From Trichinella spiralis (lineage: Eukaryota): a DNA stretch of 20,000 nucleotides. Where the stretch lies: positions 2,107,389 to 2,127,388 of the forward strand of contig NW_003526944.1 in the NCBI RefSeq assembly GCF_000181795.1, written 5' to 3'. Shown here in pieces: positions 12,392 through 20,000 of this stretch (the stretch's first letter is position 1; the number at the start of each line of letters is the position of its first letter). A program made the position numbers and the translations under genes. The notes below the pieces were generated by a model. That model saw only the letters and a program-made list of their open reading frames with translations. It made no database searches and was not told where the DNA came from.

Positions 12392-13387
12392 TCAAAATAT
12401 TGATAAAGAGAAAGTGTTTGGTTTATGAGCACAACGATTTTGATAGGCAAACCATCTGAAAATAAGCTGTTCTACATCTGGATAAGATGCGGCAACGATG
12501 GGACCTCGTCTGTGACAAGGGAAGTCATCGAACGGCTTTTCACTGTCGAATAAAAATTCTTCACTGATCATGCGCATGTTTGTAACCTTGCTGGCTAGTA
12601 AGCCGGTCACTAGAACATCGTCTAAGTGAAAATAGCTAGAAGGCCAATGACTGAGAATGGGCTTGAGCAAATCAGCAGTCAAAATATACGTATATCCGGC
12701 GCAGAAAGGCGGATATATGTTTGGCGAAAAGTAATGGCGAGGCATACACCATTTCGACGTTGACATCCGTACTACGCAGTTCAAACGACGACAGTAACCG
12801 ACTACAGTACGTATCAATGGGCTCCAGCGTTCTTCCAAATAAACCATCAAGCGATCCTTAAATAGCACCACATCCGGATCTACACGTATTACATATTTAA
12901 CTTTTGGACAGTTTTTATCAATCCATTGTAAAGCTTGATGCACTTTGTGGGATATGTTGAAATAACTGTCCACCACGTCGATCAAGAGCACATCATTGTG
13001 CAATTTTGCTTCTGCATGAATTGAATCTATAACAGGCAAGGCGAGAACAAAAAACATTTTAAAACGAATATCTTTGTTGAGATTCTGCATCCAGGTACGT
13101 CTTATGGCGTCACGAACGTCGACGTCCCAAACACGCACCGGAACAAAAACCACGAATTCATGCATACTGGCTTGGCAAGGTTCAGGCAAAATGATGTTTT
13201 TCATATTATTCGTGAAATTCATCGATGACTCTTTTTCCAATAAGCAAGAATCAGAAAAAATACTCTGCGATACATTACAATAGAAAACAGTAACAATGTC
13301 GCTAAGCAAATATAAAATAAGCAAAATGAGCCAACAATAAAACAGTCGAAAATTTCGCCGTTCCCCTGTTTGTCTCACTGAATTCAT
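12392..13387 (-). CDS. GT31 family beta-1,3-galactosyltransferase/brainiac-like glycosyltransferase, single exon, 331 aa
   Basis: Type II transmembrane anchor (LFYCWLILLILYLL), RDAIRRTW, EAKLHNDVLLIDVVDSYFNISHK, DxD motif (RVDPDV), YPPFCAGYTY and LDDVLVTG. First in-frame ATG is at 13387; the ORF track start at 13429 is a GTG. Confidence 0.9.
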   Translation of the reverse strand: MNSVRQTGERRNFRLFYCWLILLILYLLSDIVTVFYCNVSQSIFSDSCLLEKESSMNFTNNMKNIILPEPCQASMHEFVVFVPVRVWDVDVRDAIRRTWMQNLNKDIRFKMFFVLALPVIDSIHAEAKLHNDVLLIDVVDSYFNISHKVHQALQWIDKNCPKVKYVIRVDPDVVLFKDRLMVYLEERWSPLIRTVVGYCRRLNCVVRMSTSKWCMPRHYFSPNIYPPFCAGYTYILTADLLKPILSHWPSSYFHLDDVLVTGLLASKVTNMRMISEEFLFDSEKPFDDFPCHRRGPIVAASYPDVEQLIFRWFAYQNRCAHKPNTFSLSIF

Positions 13388-13595
13388 CACATCCAGTAAA
13401 AAGTGAATAAAAATTTTACAAGATAACACATAAATACCTAAAATGCAAAATAAACTGAAAGCAAATGGAAATGTAGAATGAGCAATAAAATGTGCAAAAC
13501 CGCATAAAAGCGCAGAACTCCGAAGGCACGGATTTGAGAAGTCATTAAAATGAAAGCTGTAGGTGAAAAAATATTTTAATATAAACTAGAATCAA

Positions 13596-14026
13596 TCAAG
13601 AGTCAATCGATTCATCACTCATGGCAGTCGGCTCAGTGCGAAATTTTACAATGAAAATTTTTCTAGACGATATCACCACTGAGTAATAATAATTTTCAAA
13701 ATAAACTGAAAAAGTCAACCAAACAAAAAATGAAAATTCTAAACGCCTTTTAGTTTTGAACTTACTCGACATTTTCCAGGGTAGTTTTCGAAAAAGAGTA
13801 CCAGACTGAGGTGTTATCATCATTTTGTAAATCGTATTTGCTGTCACTTCATCGTACAACAAATCGCCAAAAGACTTTAAAATGACAAACCATATTACCA
13901 AAATAAAATTTTAAATTAAGAAAAATAACAACTTACTGCTAAAATGGCACCATCATCATTCAAAACTAAATATCCACATTGCGAAGACAGTCTTGTCAAA
14001 TATGAAAAGTTGGCAATGCTCTGCAT
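13596..14026 (-). CDS. LAMTOR4: Ragulator subunit LAMTOR4, ~102 aa, 3 exons
   Basis: Exons 14026-13937, 13874-13766, 13705-13596 translate to MQSIANFSYLTRLSSQCGYLVLNDDGAILA|SFGDLLYDEVTANTIYKMM...WKMSI YFENYYYSVVISSRKIFIVKFRTEP.... This matches the recalled LAMTOR4 pattern Q.GYLVL..GA.LAS.GDL.NDE..A..I...F.....VTVS...VFVVK. Both donors are gtaagt. Confidence 0.88.
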
Positions 14027-14169
14027 GCAGACTTAGAATGGAATAAATCTTAAATCAATTAATAAACGGCTAATACTTTTTAAATAAATCAATGGTTCAA
14101 CATATTTCCTTTTAAAACTAACCGCACTGATTTTGCTTTAATGTTTAATAAATAAGCATTTTATATTCA

Positions 14170-14817
14170 CTAATCAAAACGTTCAACGGTTTGTCTTACA
14201 GCTTGGTCGAAAAGTTCACATCTAATTGGCATATCAAGGGAATAAAATGGATTCTTCAGCGCATAATCGCTGTACAGTTCGTAAAGTCGATGCAGCAGAG
14301 GTTCCAAATCACCTGTACAAAGATCACAAATTGCCAAAAATTTCAAACCTGTATGAGACTGAAAACACTGAAGCCGAAATGTATCAGTTATTAGCTGACA
14401 AATTCCACCTGACCCAAGACAAGGGCTCAGCTGCGCACCAATAGCATGAAAGGAATGAAACATACTTGACAAAATTATTTTCTCGTTAGCAGTCAGACCA
14501 GGTTTGGAAAATTTCATCATAAGAGGAAAATTGTTAGGATCTGAGAGATAATCGAATAAGTTAAAAAACGTGCCAGGAGCTGACTCGACACGGCCTCCTG
14601 AGCCGACTGGTCGCCCGTTCACTTCTGTCACAATGTAGCCAACATTTACGCCATTACGTTCGCCAAAAGCAACGGTAGGACGACTGTCTATCAGTTGCAA
14701 CTTGATATCAATTGGATAATTGAAGGAAATCTCAATGTCCACTCCTCGAGGACAATAGTCACAGTCAAAAATCAAGCTACCAGCCCGATTAATGATAAAA
14801 ATATAAAATATTGCCAT
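14170..14817 (-). CDS. TRAPPC4: TRAPP complex subunit 4 (synbindin/Trs23), intronless, 215 aa
   Basis: MAIFYIFIINRAGSLIF, a metazoan PDZ-like insert (VAFGERNGVNVGY), LTANEKIILSSMFHSFHAIGAQLSP, TDTFRLQCFQSHTGLKF and YELYSDYALKNPFYSLDMPIRCELFD. Confidence 0.97.
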   Translation of the reverse strand: MAIFYIFIINRAGSLIFDCDYCPRGVDIEISFNYPIDIKLQLIDSRPTVAFGERNGVNVGYIVTEVNGRPVGSGGRVESAPGTFFNLFDYLSDPNNFPLMMKFSKPGLTANEKIILSSMFHSFHAIGAQLSPCLGSGGICQLITDTFRLQCFQSHTGLKFLAICDLCTGDLEPLLHRLYELYSDYALKNPFYSLDMPIRCELFDQAVRQTVERFD

Positions 14818-14825
14818 TTCTCTTA

Positions 14826-15650
14826 TTAGTCATCCACTTCCAACTCAAAACTTTTATATAAATCTCGAGTGGTCACTTCTTGAAGAACAGCTAAAAACAA
14901 CTTTAAAAATAAAAACAAATGTCCAAAAGAAATAAACAAACATTTTCAAGCAAAATAAGTATATAAAAGTGAATACAAACAATTATTTAAAACCAATAAA
15001 GAAATATTACAATAAGTAGAACATACCCAATTGACCGAGTAGCATTTGGCACAAATCTTTAAGATCATTGTAAACATGTAACTTGTCAATGTATATATCC
15101 AAATCTTCTACACGATAGCCACTAAAAATAAGATTCTCTCAAATAATACACATATCAATGCAGAAACAAATTAAAATCTAAAATCGAATTCAATTATTAG
15201 CACAATTTTACATTAAGTTAATCGAATATTTAAAAATAAAATGAGCAAAATGCATCAGTGAAAAATACTTTACAAATATAATTGCCACTAACTGAAAATT
15301 TATCATTGCTCAACATGAACTGAAGAAATGTTTATTTATTCAAAGTGAATGATACAGAGCTTAGGAGCAAATGACATTTTCTAAATTCAGCAGTTGAAAA
15401 AGAACAAAAATAAAACAATATGTACAAAGCAAAAATTAAAATAGCATACCGACTTTCCAAAAGTTCAATTTCTGTATCTAGGGCTTTTTCTGTCTCTAAC
15501 AACTCGCTCAATGACTGTGGAGCTGTCTCCTCCGAAGAAAGTTTTTTAATCTACATAATCTCAAAGATTACACAGAAAATAATCACCAGCAAAAATCATC
15601 ATTCGTACCGGTAGTTTAAAAGGAGTAGAACATGCAGAAGATCGATTCAT
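14826..15650 (-). CDS. SWI5: DNA repair protein SWI5/Sae3 homolog (SWI5-SFR1 recombination mediator), 100 aa, 4 exons
   Basis: Exons 15650-15609, 15550-15450, 15121-15027, 14890-14826, all GT-AG and in phase: MNRSSACSTPFKLP|IKKLSSEETAPQSLSELLETEKALDTEIELLESR|GYRVEDLDIYIDKLHVYNDLKDLCQMLLGQLA|VLQEVTTRDLYKSFELEVDD*. Contains the Swi5 signature I..LH.YND.KD..QML.G.LA....VTT..LY..F.L...D. Not present in the ORF track. Confidence 0.92.
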
Positions 15651-17272
15651 TCAACTTTCTCCTTTTAAAAACAAAAGCGTTTTCAAATTATACTAAACTT
15701 CAACGACAAAATTTGATTCAAAAGAAAATTGAAATTGGGCGACAGTAAGCAGAATTCTAAATTAAAGATAATAAAGTATTATTGAATACGAACTGTCGCG
15801 CATTTAATTTGTTTTTCAGTGACACTTTATAAAAATTAAAGTGCAAAAATTATAAAAAAAATCAACAGTCACTATTTATCTGTATATTAAATTTTTGCTT
15901 TTCTTATCATTATCGAATATTCATAATATTATAGCAAACAGCTATCAGCGACATTTTTAGTTTCATTTGGAACATAAACATCAAAACAAACATAAATCTA
16001 TATACTATTTTTTAAACAAAAAGCAACGCATATAAACATATAGTTGTTCATCAATGCACACTTTTCATAAAAATAAATTGCCATTATATCAACATTCAAA
16101 TATAACAGTATCAAGGGCACGGTCAAAAATTTGCATGAAAATTTTGGTAAAGAAGTTGACGTTTGCTTACTTTGCAGTCGTTGCTCACCACGAGCCTGAT
16201 CTCTAAATATATGTGTAAAACTTCGTTTAAATTGATGTTTTAAGCAATTCAATGGTATTTCATAGTCGAGAAGAACGTAAAATTATTACTGTAAACTTGC
16301 AACTCATATAGTCCTATTGGTGTGTATTTAGATTAAAAGTCCTGAAAATTATTGCTTGATCAGCGTGCTGAATAGCAGCTACAGTAAGACTCGTTCACGA
16401 GAAAAGGTATGCAAATTTTTATTCCACTGCTCTGCGTACGCATACGTGGCTTCACTGTCGATGATTGCTGGCCTACGGTGTGCGGATGGAGTGCAATGTT
16501 GTCTTCCCTACGATGATGATCATGGAATAACACTGAAAATGGCTTTGCTTTTTGTTCTCTATTCTTTCATTTCTTCAAATTACCTACCTCATCCGCATTC
16601 CCAGTAACGTGAATACAAGATTTACATAAAAGCTGCGGTAACCTCCGAACAAGTAACTTGCATTTATTTCACTTTCGCTGTAATTGATAAAAAGACAAGT
16701 TCAGAATATACATTGAATCTCTTCTTGCTATCAGAACACAGTGGAACAATCTCCTTAATTTCCGAAATTTTACGGCAACATAACGGGTGTAGTAAAAGGT
16801 ATGCGCCCTTTCTTCATTGCTCATGGCATTTAAAGCACTTGTAATACTGCTCGCCTATTGCCTGTGCATTAAACACATCTTTTAACCATCTTTTCAGCAG
16901 CAATACAAGCTTTTACTTGAAAGTCTTCTTTTTGAGAAATTTAATTCACTTTATCTACGTTCTTATTCGAATTTTAAAATTTTCAGACAGGCGGAGGTGT
17001 GTTTTGTCTAAGTAATTTTTTGTTATGCCGTCCTGGCAGACAGTTTATATTTTCATTGAAATTCTAATGTCATTTCCGAATTTGCAAATAGTCCTCATTG
17101 TTAGAATTCAACAGTGCATGTCTCCTGCTCATATTATATCGCGTTAGAGTTTATCTTCAGTAAGAAGTTTCATTGCACAAAAACCGGTTTCCAGCGCTGC
17201 GCTATGCAAATAGCGATCGCCATAAAAGGTGCCTTATCGTCAGTAAGGGTGCACTCGTTCGTTTGACTTACG

Positions 17273-17329
17273 TGGCAAGTGGTAGCGTTGGAAAATGTTG
17301 TCTCAGTTCATGACGCTAAATAGTTGCTG
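17273..17329 (+). ncRNA. Candidate pre-miRNA-like hairpin in repeat unit (copy 1)
   Basis: Hand folding of UGGCAAGUGGUAGCGUUGGAA against UUCAUGACGCUAAAUAGUUGCUG gives ~19 pairs including G-U, with a 13-nt loop. No expression evidence. Confidence 0.3.
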
Positions 17330-18081
17330 AAATCTATTTTCAATTGCTGTAAAGTAATTCCTCCTTTGTTTACCTTGTGTTACTTTTTTTCAAAACAATT
17401 TTATACTCATTTTGTAAATAATTATCTAATGGCTAAAAAGCAGTTGATTATTATACTTCTAAATACAGTTTTCAGTTTCTTGCTACTTTTACTACGTGAT
17501 GATGTGAGAACATTTTTAACTAAATATCATTTTTACAGCTATAAAGTGAAAAAAAGTGAAGACGCGGGCGACACGAACCAAATCGCGGACCGCACGAAGC
17601 AGAACAAGAGAAGGCAAAAGGTAAATGCGATTTCTTCTGTGTGCTTATTTTCTGAGGCAGTGTTAAGAACATAATTCCATTGTTTAATTATTAAGTTACC
17701 TAAGATTGTAATAAGTAAGATGTACGAAAGATATTTTTCGCTGTAAAACTGTACTTTTTGTTTTTATGTTATGTCGAGATGAGATAAGAATTCATTTTTA
17801 CAGTAATTTCCATCTCACATAAACTACTTTTAACGCTGCGCGCATAGTTTTTTGTCCATTAAGGAAATCTGCGTCTATTGCAAATCATTTTTCCGTAGCT
17901 AAACAAGCTTTCATTTGCAAATTATTCACTTGAAAGTGTCTTTTTGTATAAGAAATCAACTTCGATTTATGTAGGGCATTTTTGAATTTTGAAATCTCAA
18001 ATCCAAAGAAGCGGAGGCGTGTTTTGACTTAATCAATGTTTTTGTATGTCGTTTTCTGCCAGATAGTTAAATTTTGACTGA

Positions 18082-18830
18082 NNNNNNNNNNNNNNNNNNN
18101 NNNNNNNNNNNNNNNNNNNNNNNNNNNNNNNNNNNNNNNNNNNNNNNNNNNNNNNNNNNNNNNNNNNNNNNNNNNNNNNNNNNNNNNNNNNNNNNNNNNN
18201 NNNNNNNNNNNNNNNNNNNNNNNNNNNNNNNNNNNNNNNNNNNNNNNNNNNNNNNNNNNNNNNNNNNNNNNNNNNNNNNNNNNNNNNNNNNNNNNNNNNN
18301 NNNNNNNNNNNNNNNNNNNNNNNNNNNNNNNNNNNNNNNNNNNNNNNNNNNNNNNNNNNNNNNNNNNNNNNNNNNNNNNNNNNNNNNNNNNNNNNNNNNN
18401 NNNNNNNNNNNNNNNNNNNNNNNNNNNNNNNNNNNNNNNNNNNNNNNNNNNNNNNNNNNNNNNNNNNNNNNNNNNNNNNNNNNNNNNNNNNNNNNNNNNN
18501 NNNNNNNNNNNNNNNNNNNNNNNNNNNNNNNNNNNNNNNNNNNNNNNNNNNNNNNNNNNNNNNNNNNNNNNNNNNNNNNNNNNNNNNNNNNNNNNNNNNN
18601 NNNNNNNNNNNNNNNNNNNNNNNNNNNNNNNNNNNNNNNNNNNNNNNNNNNNNNNNNNNNNNNNNNNNNNNNNNNNNNNNNNNNNNNNNNNNNNNNNNNN
18701 NNNNNNNNNNNNNNNNNNNNNNNNNNNNNNNNNNNNNNNNNNNNNNNNNNNNNNNNNNNNNNNNNNNNNNNNNNNNNNNNNNNNNNNNNNNNNNNNNNNN
18801 NNNNNNNNNNNNNNNNNNNNNNNNNNNNNN
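18082..18830. other. Assembly gap (749 N)
   Basis: Run of N. ORFs 18029..18853 and 18074..18844 are artefacts of this gap. Confidence 1.
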
Positions 18831-19101
18831 GAGGCGTGTTTTGACTTAGTCAATGTTTTTGTTATGTCGTTTTCTGCCAGATAGTTTATATTTTGACTGA
18901 ATTGTAAACGTCAAGGTCATTTTTGAATTTTCAAATTGAACAGTGCATTTCTCCTGCTCATATTATATCGCGTTAGAGTTTATCCTCAGTAAGAGGTTTC
19001 AATGCACAAAAACCGGTTTCCAGCGCTGCGCTATGCAAATAACGATCGCCATAAAAGGTGCCTTATCGTCAGTAAGGGTGCACTCGTTCGTTTGACTTAC
19101 G

Positions 19102-19158
19102 TGGCAAGTGGTAGCGTTGGAAAATGTTGTCTCAGTTCATGACGCTAAATAGTTGCTG
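19102..19158 (+). ncRNA. Candidate pre-miRNA-like hairpin in repeat unit (copy 2)
   Basis: Identical in sequence to 17273-17329. Confidence 0.3.
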
Positions 19159-20000
19159 AAATCTATTTTCAATTGCTGTAAAGTAATTCCTCCTTTGTTT
19201 ACTTTGTGTTACTTTTTTTCAAAACAATTTTATACTCATTTTGTAAATAATTATCTAATGGCTAAAAAGCAGTTGATTATTATACTTCTAAATACAGTTT
19301 TCAGTTTCTTGCTACTTTTACTACGTGATGATGTGAGAACATTTTTAACTAAATATCATTTTTACAGCTATAAAGTGAAAAAAAGTGAAGACGCGGGCGA
19401 CACGAACCAAATCGCGGACCGCACGAAGCAGAACAAGAGATGAGACGAGGTAAATGCGATTTCTTCTGTGTGCTTATTTTGTAAGGCAGTGTTAGGAAGA
19501 TAATTCCTCTGTTTAATTATTAAGTTACCTAAGTTTGTAATAAGTAAGATATCTTTTGCTGTAAAACGGTACTTTTTGTTTTTCATATTATGTCAAGATG
19601 AGGTAAAAATTCATCTTTACAATAATTTTCATCTCACTTAAACCACTTTTAAAGCTGCGCGCGTTGTGTTTGTCCATTAAAGGCATCTGCGTCTATTGCA
19701 AATCATTTTCCGTAGCTAAACAAGCTTTCATTTGCAAATTATTCATTTGAAAGTGTCTTTTTGTATAATAAATGAACTTCCATTTATGTAGAGCATTTTT
19801 AAAATTTTGAAATCTCAAATTCCAACATGCGAAGGCGTGTTTTGACTGATTCAATGGTTTTGTTATGGCGTTTTCTGCCAGATAGTTTATATTTTGACTG
19901 AATTGTAAACGTTAAGGTCATTGTTGAATTTTCAAATTGAACAGTGCATTTCTTCTGTTCATATTGTATCGCGGCATAGCTTAGAGTTTATCCTCAGTAA

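Larger units (their letters stand above)
16830..20000. repeat. ~1.0 kb tandem repeat array: degenerate partial unit, full unit ~16991-18010, unit start before the gap, full unit ~18831-19828, next unit from 19829
   Basis: The anchor gc(g/ga)agg(c/t)gtgttttg recurs at 16991, 18011, 18831 (truncated by the gap) and 19829, giving periods of 1020 and ~1001. Segment 17112-17610 matches 18941-19439 (offset 1829) almost perfectly. Segment 16830-16990 is a decayed match to ~17820-18010. Confidence 0.92.

Noticed and set aside
13438..13545. 35-aa hydrophobic ORF MTSQIRAFGVLRFY... upstream of the GT31 gene
   Set aside because: Its hydrophobicity follows from the T-rich acceptor tract and it has no recognisable family; it could be a uORF but is unsupported.
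1308..13765. Four stop-free introns with length divisible by 3 (1308-1370, 2711-2794, 7114-7161, 13706-13765)
   Set aside because: Four of ~33 short introns is not clearly above chance for 16-28 codon stretches, and there is no evidence of retention without RNA data.
546..15614. Numerous short antisense or alternative-frame ORFs in the track (e.g. 546..767, 2620..2916, 11196..11552, 14191..14444, 15420..15614)
   Set aside because: They are shadows of well-supported exons on the other strand or frame, with no independent motifs.
17265..17280. U1 snRNA-like 5' end (GACTTACGTGGCA)
   Set aside because: The match stops after ~12 nt, with no U1-70K or U1A loops or Sm site downstream. It is also explained as the antisense of a GTAAGT donor.
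17497..17655. C/D-box snoRNA in the repeat (GTGATGA ... CTGA)
   Set aside because: No terminal stem, and the D box is absent in the second copy (ttgtaagg).
17599..17670. Spliced-leader RNA gene (AAAAG|GT followed by a U-rich tract)
   Set aside because: The upstream 22 nt do not resemble nematode leaders I know, there is no clean AATTTT(T)G Sm site, and the tract differs between copies.
17324..19586. Repeat-borne ORFs 17324..17674, 19153..19443 and 19368..19586
   Set aside because: The plus-strand ORFs start at TTG, composition is intron-like and AT-rich, and lengths are inconsistent between near-identical copies.
1..20000. Prokaryotic systems (CRISPR arrays, IS elements, defence islands)
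   Set aside because: The sequence is spliceosomal-intron-containing eukaryotic DNA, and no repeat-spacer array or transposase is visible.

Overview
AT-rich, gene-dense eukaryotic DNA with short GT-AG introns (mostly 45-100 nt) and 3' splice-site-like motifs just upstream of start codons. This suggests a compact nematode genome, possibly Trichinella or another clade I species; that assignment is an inference. Manual splicing gives eight protein-coding genes: BRPF1/peregrin-like (-, runs off the left edge), DCTN4 (-), MED27 (-), TMEM126-like (+), an intronless GT31 galactosyltransferase (-), LAMTOR4 (-), intronless TRAPPC4 (-) and SWI5 (-). SWI5 is absent from the ORF track and LAMTOR4 is only partly represented. 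The main finding is that the SWI5 stop codon lies only 8 nt upstream of the TRAPPC4 ATG within one uninterrupted exon, implying a dicistronic mRNA or a splice site used for both cis- and trans-splicing. This pair heads a tight SWI5-TRAPPC4-LAMTOR4-GT31 operon-like block. The right end is a ~1 kb tandem repeat array interrupted by a 749-N gap. Both fully sequenced repeat units carry a palindrome-rich core and an identical 57-nt pre-miRNA-like hairpin.
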